Shown: positions 38,139-49,072 of the stretch, one piece after another
How the letters are laid out: each line of letters begins with the position of its first letter
Position numbering within the stretch: position 1 is the stretch's first letter
Assembly: GCA_963755915.1 (NCBI GenBank)
Contig: CAVWLP010000003.1
Span: 576,001 to 640,000 of the forward strand
DNA: 64,000 bases
Direction of reading: 5' to 3'
Origin: an uncultured Phycisphaerales bacterium
GTDB taxonomy: Bacteria > Planctomycetota > Phycisphaerae > Tepidisphaerales > Tepidisphaeraceae
The notes under the pieces: model-generated
Told to the model about the DNA's origin: nothing
The model's database searches: none
The model's input: only the letters and a program-made list of their open reading frames with translations
Translations under genes and position numbers: made by a program

Positions 38139-39209
38139 ATGACCACAGCCGTAAACAGGCGCGACCCGACGATCTTGCTGGCGCTATTGGTAGCGCTGGG
38201 GGCGCATCTCGCGCTGCTGGGCTTGGGCGTGCGGCAGGCGCGGCGGGATTTGGGGTGGTGGCTGAAATCGCCGCCGCAGGTCGCGGTGCGGGCTCCGACG
38301 CCGGCGCCGGACGATCCGATGCAGCGGCTGGGGGACCACAATACAACCGGCGAGTCGATCAACAGCTCGCCCGGCGACCATCCGCTGGAATCGACGTACA
38401 CCGATCTGCGCCAGGAACAGGCCGCCATGCAGCAGGACCCGGCTGGATTCGGCGGCAAGGGATCCAACGAACCGGTCCAGCAAACGCTTCGGGGAGACAA
38501 CGGCGACAACAGCGTTCGCGCAACCAACAACGGTCAGCAATCCGCCGCCGCGGTGTTTGGCTCGCGGGAATCGAGCGAGGCCGACTCTTCGCCGCGCGTC
38601 GCAGTGGCGACCCCGAGCAAGACAAAGAACGACAGCCAGACGCCCGGCAAAGCCAGCGATGTCGATCCCCTTTCCAGCGGCCCGCTGGCGGTGGCGAATA
38701 TCCCCAAGTCGATCACGCCCTCGCCGCAGCAGACGCAGCAGAACCAGCAGTCGTCCGACACGCAGGCCGGATCGGCGCAGAGCGGCGCATCCTCCACCAC
38801 CGGCGGCGGCGCCGGTGGGCGCGCCGGATCGCCCGATTCAGGGGCGGGTCTGCCGATTCCCTCCAGCGATTTCGAATCGTTTCCGGTGACAAAGATTTCC
38901 AGCCGGCTCGAGGCCGGCGAGATCAAGGCCTGGACCGGGCGGCGGCACAAGATTCGCGACCTCGACCGTGACCTGGGATTGGCCGGCTATGCCGACCTCC
39001 AGACAATGGAGAACGCCTACCTGGTTCTGATCCTGACGATCGACCCCAGCGGCAACGTGATCGATGTAAAGATCAAGCATTCCAGCGGCAGCGACAACGT
39101 CGATCTCCCCTGCCAGCGGGCGGCGTATTCGTGGTGGTTTGAGCCGCTGAAGGACCCCAAGACCGGCCTGACGCGACGGGAAGAGATGGAGTTTACGATT
39201 TATTTTTAA
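38139..39209 (+). CDS. TonB-family protein
   Basis: N-terminal TM with His (LGAHLALL), low-complexity linker, C-terminal IDPSGNVIDVKIKHSSG...WWFEP. Confidence 0.7.
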   Translation: MTTAVNRRDPTILLALLVALGAHLALLGLGVRQARRDLGWWLKSPPQVAVRAPTPAPDDPMQRLGDHNTTGESINSSPGDHPLESTYTDLRQEQAAMQQDPAGFGGKGSNEPVQQTLRGDNGDNSVRATNNGQQSAAAVFGSRESSEADSSPRVAVATPSKTKNDSQTPGKASDVDPLSSGPLAVANIPKSITPSPQQTQQNQQSSDTQAGSAQSGASSTTGGGAGGRAGSPDSGAGLPIPSSDFESFPVTKISSRLEAGEIKAWTGRRHKIRDLDRDLGLAGYADLQTMENAYLVLILTIDPSGNVIDVKIKHSSGSDNVDLPCQRAAYSWWFEPLKDPKTGLTRREEMEFTIYF

Positions 39210-39260
39210 TCCGCACCTCTCTCCGCAGTTAAATTTCCGCTTTTGATGGAAAGCCAGTGA

Positions 39261-40475
39261 ATGCCTCGCCGACTTCTGCTGCTCCTCAGCGAAAATCCAC
39301 TCGATCCCGCCAACGGCGCGGCGCGAAGCGTTGATTCAATCTGCCGCCTCCTGGCGCACGATGGTGGGTACGACGTTGAAGCCCTCGGCACAACCGCCAC
39401 CGAACTCGCCGACGCCGGCGCGATGGGCAAGCAGAAGATCACCCTCCTGAGCGGAATGGGCCTCGAAGTTCAGCGGCAAACCGTCAACGATGCGTCGATC
39501 CTCAAATTCGAGCGTGACAGGGTTCGATACGCTCTTCTCGACACCGGATCGATCCGCCTCGATCAACCTCACTCGATCCACGGCCCGCGGTTTGACGCGA
39601 TCTACCGGCGTGCGCTCGACCGATTCAAGCCTGATGTCGTCCTCACCTTTGGCGCGATGCCGGTGGAAGTCGAGCGCCATCGCGAGGCCCGCCGGCGAGG
39701 GATTGCTGTCGTGCTTTCCATTCACCAGCACGCTTACTACAGGCGCGGCGCGTTTAAGACCGCCGATGCCGTGCATACGTGCAGCGAGTTTCTGCGGAAA
39801 TGTTACCTCGACCGGATCGGGATCGATTCGGTGGCGCTGAGCGGCCCGATCATGCCTGAAGACGTGGTGGCGCCCAATCACGATCCGGTCTTCGCGACGT
39901 TCGTCAATCCATCCTATGAGAAAGGCGTGATGTTCATGGCCCGCCTGGCCGAGGAATTGGCCACGCGCCGGCCGGACATTCCGATGCTGGTGATCGAAAC
40001 GCGTTTCAACGCCGGGACGTTGATCGCGGCGGGAGACGCCGGGGGATTTGATCTGCGCCGGCATGAAAGCCTGATGGCGGCGCCGGCGGTGCAGTCGCCG
40101 CGGGATGTTTTTGCGTCAATGCGCCTGCTGCTGGCGCCATCGTTGTGGGAGGAGCCGTGGGGCCGTGTGGCGGCGGAGGCGCTGATGAACGGAATTCCGC
40201 CGATGGTTTCGGATCGGGGCGGACTGTCTGAGGCGTGCAATGGCGGGGGGTATGTCTTTGCCATTCCACCGGAGATCACGCCGGACATCTCTTTACCCCC
40301 GCCGGCTAAACTGGTGATGCCGTGGATCGAGGTGATTGAGAAGCTCTGCGACGATGAATCGGATTATGCAGAGGCGCGGCACAAGGCGCTTGTAGCTGCG
40401 ATGATCTATCAGCCAACAGCGGTCTTGCCCCGGTTCTTGCAGTTTTTCGATTCTGTGCGGTGCAAGGCGAAATGA
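39261..40475 (+). CDS. GT4-family glycosyltransferase
   Basis: FVNPSYEKG, LLAPSLWEEPWGRVAAEALMNGIP, SDRGGLSE. Confidence 0.85.
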   Translation: MPRRLLLLLSENPLDPANGAARSVDSICRLLAHDGGYDVEALGTTATELADAGAMGKQKITLLSGMGLEVQRQTVNDASILKFERDRVRYALLDTGSIRLDQPHSIHGPRFDAIYRRALDRFKPDVVLTFGAMPVEVERHREARRRGIAVVLSIHQHAYYRRGAFKTADAVHTCSEFLRKCYLDRIGIDSVALSGPIMPEDVVAPNHDPVFATFVNPSYEKGVMFMARLAEELATRRPDIPMLVIETRFNAGTLIAAGDAGGFDLRRHESLMAAPAVQSPRDVFASMRLLLAPSLWEEPWGRVAAEALMNGIPPMVSDRGGLSEACNGGGYVFAIPPEITPDISLPPPAKLVMPWIEVIEKLCDDESDYAEARHKALVAAMIYQPTAVLPRFLQFFDSVRCKAK

Positions 40476-40599
40476 GGCTGGCCATCGAGTTTTCAGGAAA
40501 AGCGGGAATCGCAAAATACAACAATTCGCTTTAGATTTATTGTTTGACAGGATATAGCAATCTTATTACAAATACGCTGCCACATCGGGAGACGGGAGA

Positions 40600-41407
40600 A
40601 TGGAAATACGGAAGAGCTTGCTGGAGCGTGCAAAAGAGCTTGTCACGCCGGGACGTGCGGCCGTGCTGGCGATCGTACCTCTTGCCACGGTAGCCGCCCG
40701 ATCAGCCCGGGCGTCACCGGCGATCACATTTACACTTAGCAACGCAAGCATCAATGGGGTAAGCGTTGGTAATTTCAATAATTCCAACAACTCGGATGGC
40801 TCCATCACCACGTCCAGTTCTTCATCGATTTCCGAAAGTAGCGCTTTTTCAGGAAGCGGTGGAGGATTCAGCGGGGGCGGGTCCAGCGGAGGCGGGTCCA
40901 GCGGCGGCAGCGCCGCCCTCCGCAGTTCTTCTCCAGCCGCTTGCTTTAATCAAGTTTGGACCGGACACCAATTCGGGCGGGACGGTTACTCTCGATTTGA
41001 ACGGATCGGAAACGGTTAATGGCCCGGTTGGCGACTCGGACGTCGTCTTTGCCCTGATGTCGATCCAGGCGCAATCTTCCAGCAGTACGCCGATCACTTA
41101 CGAGGGGGCAATGCTCACCGGAGACTATGGTGAGGTCGACGACTTTGCGTCGCCACCATCGGCGATGGGAACATCGATTGGCGTTTCCGATTTGCTGAGC
41201 CTTCCGGCAGAAGATTTTCAAAGTTACTGGGACCTGCAGATGTCGTTCTATTGGCCCGATTCGAATCCGGACGACACGATCTCAATCTCGCTACCGGTGA
41301 CGTTGGGCGAGGATATCCCCGTCCCTGAGCCGGCTAGCGCCGCGGGACTGCTGGCGATTTCGGCCCCGGCCCTGCTGCGAAGGCGAAGACGCCGCGCTGA
41401 GGGATGA
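40600..41407 (+). CDS. PEP-CTERM sorting-domain protein (frameshift near 40915)
   Basis: Signal peptide, Ser/Gly-rich segment, C-terminal VPEPASAAGLLAISAPALLRRRRRR. Confidence 0.8.
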
Positions 41408-41435
41408 TTCTCAACGGGTGATTCTCAATGGGCGA

Positions 41436-42357
41436 TCATGGCAGCAGGCGAGGCTTTCCAGCGCGCCTGGGTGGGCTCTTTTTTGGGGCTGGGAATAGTT
41501 CTTCAATCATCCGATAGTGATCCGGAAAGTGCTGCTGCGCTTGCCGGGAGATTTGTTTTCCCAGTTCCTCGGTGTGCAAACCTGCGGCGTGGTTGAATTG
41601 AATCGCTCTGGCCTTGCGCTCAAGCGAAATCATGTCAGAAAAGTCGGTGTTCTCAAAAAGCGGGGTCAGCTTCACGCCCTGCTCGGCGCCGAGCACCAGA
41701 GCGCCTGCTGCTCGACAACGCAATTGACAAATCTGTTAAGAGCCATTTCTGACCAGATGGGGCGGTTTTGGGGGCAGGTCACAAGCTGGATGACATCCGC
41801 CACGTAGCGTCCAATCGCGCCAAGATTTCGCCCGCCAAAAATTCCGCAATTGGCCGCGGACCGCTCGCTCATGAAGTTCCAGAAACGCGGCAGCCAGGGC
41901 AATCGCCGCTCGATGATGGATCGATTTTCATCGTAAGCTTGTGAGAACCCCCCAAAGGCTGGAGCCTGCTCGAAACATTGGCAGACAATTTCCGCCTGCT
42001 CGTAACGCTCCGGAAGTTTCCCGCCCAGAAAAACGTCCCCGTCGATATGAAAAAAAGGCTCCTTCTGCACCCCGTGAGCAACCACTTTGCCAAAGGCCCA
42101 CAGATAAGGCGGCGCATCGAGATTCTCCAGCACATCCGCCCGCACGGAAGTAAACGGCAGCTTCAGCTTATCGACGAGCCAGCGAGCGCCTTCGGCATCG
42201 GTAACCAGCTCAACATTGCCGTAATGCTTAAAAGCCCAGCCGGTGGAAAGCGCCCAGGAGTGCCAGAAGAACCGCGCCTGCGGCCAGCCGCCGGTATGAT
42301 TTTGCCATCCCCCGGATTTCTGCGCGGCGCGCTCCAGAGCGACTGGACGATCTTCAT
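41436..42357 (-). CDS. DUF6734-like protein (frameshifted)
   Basis: MKIVQSLWS, ELVTDAEG..WLVDKLKLPF, LWAFGK, EPFFHIDGDVFL, NCGIFGG, CVVEQ. Confidence 0.65.
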
Positions 42358-42364
42358 GGCCGTA

Positions 42365-43186
42365 TCATACTGCAAGCGGAATGTTGAAGCGTGTTCCGAC
42401 GGGAAACGAAAGCCCAAAATCGCGGACCAGACACTCCAGCAATTCGTCGGGGTCGGCTATCTGTTTCGTGGATAAAATTTCCCCGCCGCGGCGATATGGG
42501 TGAATTCGCTATTTTGCAACGAATATCGCTCGTTATTGGAGCCGGCGCGGGCGACCATCAATGCATTGCGAAACCGCGAATTGGGATGGGTGCTGGTAAA
42601 CCAGTTGGCCAGCTCCCGATCGATCAGCGGCATTTCCTCCAGCGTGAACTCGCAAACGTCCGACCATGTATCCCCCGGCCGCCCGTCTTGCAGGCGCATC
42701 TGGTGGAAATATTTGCCCTCCTCGAAGGTGATTCGCCGCGGCTCGTGCAGCGTCGCCTGCTCCAGATCGGGAACGAGACGGAGCGGCGCCGTGGGTGAAA
42801 ACGCCCCAATCCCCACATCGACAAGCCACGATTCGCCGTCGATTTCAACGCGAAGAAAACAGTGGGTGCGCGGCGGCGTAACTCCGCCGGGGCGACCAGC
42901 CGTACTCGCGCCGAAATTGGCACAACCTTGAATCCGGTCGTCTCCAGAACATGAAGGAGAAAACCATTCTGCTCGAAGCAATAACCGCCGCGGTGATTGT
43001 GGACGATTTTCCGCTCCAGTGCTTCGGGCGAAAGCTCGATTGGCCGGCCGAGCAGAACATCGAGATTTTCAAACGGCACCGATTGAGTGTGATGCTCGAC
43101 GAGCGATTTCAGCACTGCCATCGTGGCGCAACTTCTCCGCGGTAACCGATCCGGCGGCAGTATGCGGAAACGTCAACACCAGCCAT
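42365..43186 (-). CDS. Arylamine N-acetyltransferase (multiple frameshifts)
   Basis: AYCRRIGY, VPFENLDV, RGGYCFEQN (Cys), THC (His), LVDVG (Asp), STHPNSRF. Confidence 0.85.
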
Positions 43187-43197
43187 GAACGCCGCTC

Positions 43198-43935
43198 CTA
43201 CTTCTTCCCATACTCATCCTTCCGCCGAATCCAGAACGAAGATTCATTGCGCCCTTCGGCGCGCGGTCGAGCCATTGATATATGCCCCAGAGCCCGTCTA
43301 ACCCGCGCATAGGCCGAATAGGTGTGATAGACCGCTCTGTCCTCCACCACAAACGAGCTCATCCCCGGCCTTTCGCGGGCGAACGTCGCGAGGTCTGTGC
43401 CGGTCATCGCAGCCACTTGCGCCCCTCCGCCCGGTCCGGGTTTTTCGCGGCGATAGTTGTAATCGATTCCCTGCTTCTGCTGCTCATCGGTAAAGAAAAC
43501 GCTGAAGTCGGCGTTGAAATCATTCGCCGCCGACGACGCCCAGGGAAACGTCCACCCCATCCGCCGCTTGTATGGCTGGAGCTTCACCAGCGGCGCTCGC
43601 GACACCGCCCAGAGCATCACGTCGTGATTGGCCAGGTGCGCGGCAATTCCATTAAACCCGTCCGCGATCGACGTGCATGCCGGGCAACCGCCGGTGTAAT
43701 CGGGCCCGAACATAAAATGATAAACCAGGAGCTGCGAGCGGCCTTTGAAAAGATCGGCCAGCGACGCGATGCCGTCGTCGGTCTCGAACTTGTATTGTTT
43801 CTCGATCCGCACCCACGGCAGCTCCTGCCGCTTGCGCGCGACCTCGTTGCTGCGATGGGTCAGTTCTTTCTCCTCTTTGAGCAGTTCAACGCGGGCTGCG
43901 AGCCACTGCTCGCGAGTTGCGATTTTGTGTGACAT
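43198..43935 (-). CDS. DUF899 thioredoxin-like protein
   Basis: WLAARVELLKEEKELT, LFKGRSQLLVYHFMFGP, GCPAC, VSRAP, YHTYS. Confidence 0.88.
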   Translation of the reverse strand: MSHKIATREQWLAARVELLKEEKELTHRSNEVARKRQELPWVRIEKQYKFETDDGIASLADLFKGRSQLLVYHFMFGPDYTGGCPACTSIADGFNGIAAHLANHDVMLWAVSRAPLVKLQPYKRRMGWTFPWASSAANDFNADFSVFFTDEQQKQGIDYNYRREKPGPGGGAQVAAMTGTDLATFARERPGMSSFVVEDRAVYHTYSAYARVRRALGHISMARPRAEGRNESSFWIRRKDEYGKK

Positions 43936-44036
43936 GGGGCGCTCTCCTTTTTGTTAGGCCGGAATAAGACAGTTATATGTCGCAATCGCCCAATAGTCAG
44001 CGTGATTTAAGGGGCGCTCGTCGATATAGTCTGCCA

Positions 44037-44840
44037 ATGCATTTCCAATCGCGCCTGTGCGTTTCTGCCGCGGTTATCACCGCGGGAATGATCTTCGGCA
44101 TCGCCATCCTCCACCTGATCGCGAAATACGAGCAGCGGCTGGGGGGTCTGTCGAAGACGATCTGCCGGGCGCCGTGTCTCGACTGGATCATCACCTATTT
44201 TACGGTTCTGCCGCTGATTGTCGGCTCAATCTTTTTCGGATTCGCGGGGTTGCTGGGCGCGTTGATCGGGCAGGTGTTCACCATCCTCGTCTGGACGCGC
44301 TATCACGAATGGCGTCACCCGCAGGCGGCGCGCGGGCCGCGGATCGTCAAATTCGTCAATCGGCTGATCGGCCCGTGGCGCAATCATGCGGCGCTGTGGC
44401 TGACCATGACCGTCAGCCCGATCTTCTGGCTGATCCGCATGGCGGAAATTTTTATGTATCCCCTGCTTCGCCGGCTCGTGGGCTTTCCGAAATACAACGA
44501 AGCCGAATGGGTCAGCGTCTCCCGGCAGAAATTCGCGGGTTTGGTCGGGCACGATCTGATCTGGTGCCTTTACTGCGATTGGATGACGGGCGTCTGGTCG
44601 CTGGGCACGGAGATCCTGCGCAATGTTGAGTCGTTCTGGTGTCCGATCCGATTCGGGAACGCGGCCAAATGCCGCAACTGCACGATCGACTTTCCCGACA
44701 TCGACGGCGGTTGGGTCGAGGCATCGGGCACGATGCAGGAAGTTTACGACGCGATGGTGGAAAAACATTCCAACGGTTTCCACGGCTGGTTCGGGCACTC
44801 CGTGCGGGTGACGGTAAAGGGAGCAGCGATCGCAAATTAG
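44037..44840 (+). CDS. Hypothetical membrane protein with a Cys cluster
   Basis: Several TM segments; WCLYCDW, SFWCPIRF, KCRNC. Confidence 0.65.
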   Translation: MHFQSRLCVSAAVITAGMIFGIAILHLIAKYEQRLGGLSKTICRAPCLDWIITYFTVLPLIVGSIFFGFAGLLGALIGQVFTILVWTRYHEWRHPQAARGPRIVKFVNRLIGPWRNHAALWLTMTVSPIFWLIRMAEIFMYPLLRRLVGFPKYNEAEWVSVSRQKFAGLVGHDLIWCLYCDWMTGVWSLGTEILRNVESFWCPIRFGNAAKCRNCTIDFPDIDGGWVEASGTMQEVYDAMVEKHSNGFHGWFGHSVRVTVKGAAIAN

Positions 44841-44953
44841 CCGACGGTGAGAATGAGGGATCGGCCAACCGACTTTTTGTTCCCGCCCCTTGATTGCTTC
44901 ACCACGTCGCCCGGTTCTATAATTGCGTGGGAGCTCGGCGAAGGGAGGCAACG

Positions 44954-45942
44954 ATGGCCGGATTGACTCGTCTGTGCGCCCTCGGATTGGCGCTGGGGCT
45001 TTTGTTCGCATCCGGCGCCGGGGCAGGGCAGCCGGCCGATCCCAGATTTCCGTTTTCCGTGCACGGCGAGTTCGGGGCGAGCTGGTTTCAAGGGGGGGAC
45101 GCACTGGTTATTCAAGAGATTCATGGGTCCATCAAAGACTTCAAGGCCGGGGGGATCTATCAGATCAAAGGAAAATACCGGCTGCTCACGCAGCCGCAGG
45201 CGACGCTGCAAGCGGGCGTGACCGCGGCCAATGGAAACGCGCCCATGCTTAGCCCGGAGCAAAGCTTGCAGATTTGCGCGGCATTGGAGATTTCGTTTTG
45301 GTCCTGCCCTATCTGAATGAAGGCCGCCCTACCATCAGCTTTATCTCCACGGATCCAAGCAACGGGAGCGTTGAGAACGTGAGCCTGACGCCGGATCAAT
45401 TCCCATTGATCGCTGCGTTCAAACAGACGGGCGCGAATTTGCAGAAACACGATTCGCTTGTCATCCGGCAGATTCGCGCATCAAGCGCCGCCCTGGCGGC
45501 AGGCGGGAAGATTCAGATCTGGGGAACTCTTACGCTGGCCAGCCAGGACCTCGGTTTGCTGGTGGCAGGGACGACGCGGGAGGCTTCGGCCGATGGAAAC
45601 AATCTTGTGCAGATTGGTCCAGGCAAGGGAACATTCACGCTGGAAATGACGTTAGGTCTGCGCCCGACGGGCCAAATCGGGATTTGGCAGATCGGCAGCG
45701 CCGGCACTCCGTTTGACAGCGTGACGTTTGAAATCGAGAAAACGAAAGCCGCGCCGGCCACGCAGCCGGCGCTGGCCATGGGGCCAAATTCCGGCGACAG
45801 CTCGAACAACATCAGTTGGGACGCTGAGGCGGAAGGCGGAGCGCAGATCAACGAAATACCGTCGGGGCCGGGGATTCCGCGACCGCCGGGGCCGCCAGTG
45901 AATCGGATTGTGATTCCGGTGGGCGGAGGGGCGGGGAGGTAG
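44954..45942 (+). CDS. Secreted hypothetical protein with two related beta domains (frameshift near 45270)
   Basis: GGGAGG RBS, signal peptide, repeated GDxLVIxxI...GGxxQIxGxxxL pattern, APATQP motif. Confidence 0.55.
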
Positions 45943-45970
45943 TTGGGGGGCCGGGGGCGATGAATTCCAA

Positions 45971-45996
45971 CCCCACGCCGGCGGCGTGGGCGTTCC
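45971..45996 (-). repeat. REP-B hairpin upstream of RAYT-2
   Basis: Reverse complement GGAACGCCCACGCCGCCGGCGTGGGG. Confidence 0.85.
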
Positions 45997-46039
45997 TAGA
46001 AATTGAAATCTCATCGACGTTTGGGATAACCTTGTGGCC

Positions 46040-46638
46040 ATGGGCAATGAGGCGTGGGAGGCATGGTTTCACTGCATGTGCAATACATACGGCACGTGGA
46101 TTCGGGGCGATGCACGCGGGTGGCGCGAGCGTGACCACCGCAAGCACGTGGACGGTGATTACCGCCGGCCACCCGAACCCGGCACGTTTGAGAAAATTCA
46201 GGCAGCATCCCGGCAACTGATGCAAAGACCGCCGGTCCGGCTCGATCGACAATTGCGCCAGTTGGCACTCAAAGCGATTGTGGAATGCCTCGTCGGCGAC
46301 GGAGTCCTGGTTCTGGTTGCCTGCCTCGACGCTTCACATTTACATGTTCTGGCGAGCTTTAAGGATCTCCGCCCTCGCCGCAAATTGGCTGGGCGAAGCT
46401 CCACGCAACGAAGCAAGTCAAAGCGTATTGGAACGCCCACGGCGCCGCCGTGGGGCATTTCCCAAACCTGAAAGTCGGCGACGGAATCTGGGGCAAACGC
46501 TCGCAATGCTGCCCCATCCGCGACCGACAACATCGACTCAATTCCCTCAACTACATCGCCGGTCACAAAAAATCGGATGCGGCACTCTGGCTCTACCCAG
46601 ACCTGGGAAAGAGGCGGAAAAGGAATGAGAGGGCGTAA
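46040..46638 (+). CDS. RAYT-like Y1 HUH transposase 2 (frameshift near 46385)
   Basis: FHCMCNTYGTWIRGDARG, HUH motif ASHLHVL, then GWAKLHATK...IWGKRS...LNYIAGH in the next frame. Confidence 0.7.
46430..46455 (+). repeat. REP-B hairpin inside RAYT-2
   Basis: GGAACGCCCACGGCGCCGCCGTGGGG, identical to 8810-8835. Confidence 0.9.
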
Positions 46639-46686
46639 CTGATAAATGATCAGCGATGTCTCTCGTTCAGCTTCCTTTATCCGCTT

Positions 46687-47538
46687 CTACTTAATCATCG
46701 TCCAATGCTTATAAAACACCCTTCTCACCGGCGACATGATTAACCGGATCCCCGTAATGACCGCACTGAAAAACCATGGAATGAGCGACGGCCGGAGGAT
46801 GTCCACGAACAGGCAATAGCGCACCCCGTCCGACTCGTTGTGCGATTCGTGCTGCAAGGTATCGTCGAAGATGAACAGCTTGTTGTCCCGCCAGCGGTTC
46901 ACGTGATCGCCCACCTGCACGTAGACGTTGGGATCGTCGATGGTGTTGATGTTGTAGAGCATCCGGTAGGTCACGCGCAGCGGGCCGTAGTGCTTGGCGG
47001 TCGATTGCCGCTTGTTGAAAATCGATACGCCGATGGTGCGGATATATCGGTAGCGGGTCTTGAACTCCGGAATGTCCAGAGAGGTTGGAATCATCTTTCC
47101 ATACCACTGGAAAAAGAACATCCCGCGCTTGTTTTCGCCCAGCTTGCTTTCCAGCGCGCCGACCAGGTCGCGGTGGTGGCAGGCATCGATCAGCGCCTGC
47201 ACCTCGGCCTGGTATCCCTTGGGCAAATCGCCGATCTGGTAAATCCCCTTATTCCAATACGGCAGCGACAGCAGATCCATGAGGATATTGAAAGGCGAGA
47301 AGACCCACGTCAGCATTCCGTTGCCAAAGAAATATCGCTGAATCGTTTCCCCGCGGATGGGCCGATTGCGCAGCACGTCGATCATGCCGAGTATCGCAAA
47401 GGCGATCAAAATCTTGGGGACGAAATAGGCGAGCAAACCGAGGGGAATGAGCCGCTTGAGGACTTTTTTTGTGTAGCGGAGAACCTTTGACTTCTTACGG
47501 GGCGGAGATGACAAAACGAGAGTCTGGGCCTCGGTCAT
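46687..47538 (-). CDS. Aspartyl/asparaginyl beta-hydroxylase-domain protein (LpxO-like)
   Basis: N-terminal TM, KHYGPLR, FIFDDTLQHESHNESDGVRYCLFVDILRP. Confidence 0.8.
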   Translation of the reverse strand: MTEAQTLVLSSPPRKKSKVLRYTKKVLKRLIPLGLLAYFVPKILIAFAILGMIDVLRNRPIRGETIQRYFFGNGMLTWVFSPFNILMDLLSLPYWNKGIYQIGDLPKGYQAEVQALIDACHHRDLVGALESKLGENKRGMFFFQWYGKMIPTSLDIPEFKTRYRYIRTIGVSIFNKRQSTAKHYGPLRVTYRMLYNINTIDDPNVYVQVGDHVNRWRDNKLFIFDDTLQHESHNESDGVRYCLFVDILRPSLIPWFFSAVITGIRLIMSPVRRVFYKHWTMIK

Positions 47539-47784
47539 GACTATCCTTCCCTTTCGCAAGAGGCTCCCGATCGTCCCAAACGGATGCGCAGACGCGAGCC
47601 TTCTTTCATTGACGCTTCACAAAACAAATTTGCCGACCATTCTAGGCGGCAATCTTAGCGTGTTCCGTTGAGCGGTTACAGTATTTTTGAATTATTTGGT
47701 TGGGCGTCACGTGCGAGGAATGAGGCGGATCAAGCCTGGACCCTTTTCGCCGCGTTTCTACCGCACCGGGTGGGCATAAAACAT

Positions 47785-48978
47785 TCACGCATATGAGCTC
47801 GATGATTTCGCCCCGCGCGCCGCTCGCGCGGCTTCGCGCTCTTGCGCAACGCGCGATTCGTATCCGCTGGCGCGGTATGCCTCCAGCGGATTCGGATCGA
47901 TATTCTTTTTCTTTCGCCACTGCGCCAGCAGGGGCCGGACATCGGTGGCGTAGGCATCGCGCAGGCACTGCTCGGCATCGACAATGTTCATCCGCGCCTG
48001 GGCGTCGCGCAGCTTTTCGCGGTCGACCAGGCACGCCTTGGCGTAGAGCTCCTGCGCGGTCATGACGGTTTGAATCATCGCCTCGATCTTCGGCTTGAGG
48101 TTGTGGCTCTGGTCGATCATGTAGGCGACCTCCGACACATTCTGATTCCGCAGCTCGGCGGCCGTGCGGATTTCGTGAAAGATACGGAAGACCGCGTAGG
48201 GGTCGATGCTTCCCAGCGTCAGGTCGTCATCGGCATATTTGCGGTCGTTGAAGTGGAAGCCGCCGAGCATCTCCTCATCGAGCAGAAACGCGACGATCTG
48301 CTCGATGTTGGTGCCCTGAAGATGGTGCCCGGTGTCGACGAGCACGCGGGCGTTGGGCCCGGCGTCTTTCGCGAAGACGTAGCTCATCCCCCAGTCGGCA
48401 ATGTCGGTGTGATAAAACGCCGGCTCAAAGGGCTTGTATTCGACCAGCATTTTCATGCCGCGCGGCATGGCGTCGTGCCATTGGCGGAGGGCGCCGTGCA
48501 TGCGCTGCTTGCGGGAAACGATGTCGTCCTGGCCGGGATAGTTGGTGCCATCGGCGAACCAGAGACTGAGCAGATTGCTCTTCACCGCTTTGGCGATGGC
48601 GATGCAGTCCATGAGGTGGCGATGGGCGTGGACGCGGACGGATTCATCGGGCGAGCAGACGGAGCCGAACTTGTAGACCTGGTCCTGGAAGAGGTTGGGG
48701 TTGATGGATCCGATGCGGACGCCATTTTTGGCGGCGACGGATGCGGTGGCGGTGGCGTCGACACCGACGGAGAAATCCCACAGCACATGGACGGCCACAG
48801 TTGGGCAGCAGCCGGTCAAGCGATGGACGACACCGGCGTCGGCGAGCTTTTCCTCGATGGTGGAGGCGGCAGCGGGCTGGAGGAATTTGCCGAAGCGGGT
48901 GCCGGTGTCGGAATAGCCCCAGCTTGGGGTTTCGATGTTGAACTCGTCGAGAAGCGAAAAAAGTTTTTCGGGAGCCAT
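47785..48978 (-). CDS. L-rhamnose isomerase (RhaI / xylose-isomerase-like TIM barrel)
   Basis: IETPSWGY..TGTRF, VHVLWD, WFADGTNYPGQ, VEYKPFEP, VDTGHH, FHFNDRKYADDDL, MIDQSHN. Confidence 0.88.
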   Translation of the reverse strand: MAPEKLFSLLDEFNIETPSWGYSDTGTRFGKFLQPAAASTIEEKLADAGVVHRLTGCCPTVAVHVLWDFSVGVDATATASVAAKNGVRIGSINPNLFQDQVYKFGSVCSPDESVRVHAHRHLMDCIAIAKAVKSNLLSLWFADGTNYPGQDDIVSRKQRMHGALRQWHDAMPRGMKMLVEYKPFEPAFYHTDIADWGMSYVFAKDAGPNARVLVDTGHHLQGTNIEQIVAFLLDEEMLGGFHFNDRKYADDDLTLGSIDPYAVFRIFHEIRTAAELRNQNVSEVAYMIDQSHNLKPKIEAMIQTVMTAQELYAKACLVDREKLRDAQARMNIVDAEQCLRDAYATDVRPLLAQWRKKKNIDPNPLEAYRASGYESRVAQEREAARAARGAKSSSSYA

Positions 48979-49072
48979 AGCGGAAATCATAGGAATACAG
49001 CGCGCGAAAGCGAAGTCTAGTCTTGGGTCGCACCAGGAGTCTTTTTTCGTCTTTGAATTTTGGAGGAAGAAA

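Noticed and set aside
47540-47784. Riboswitch or ncRNA upstream of the beta-hydroxylase gene
   Set aside because: Only weak hairpins; no recognisable aptamer consensus such as c-di-GMP.
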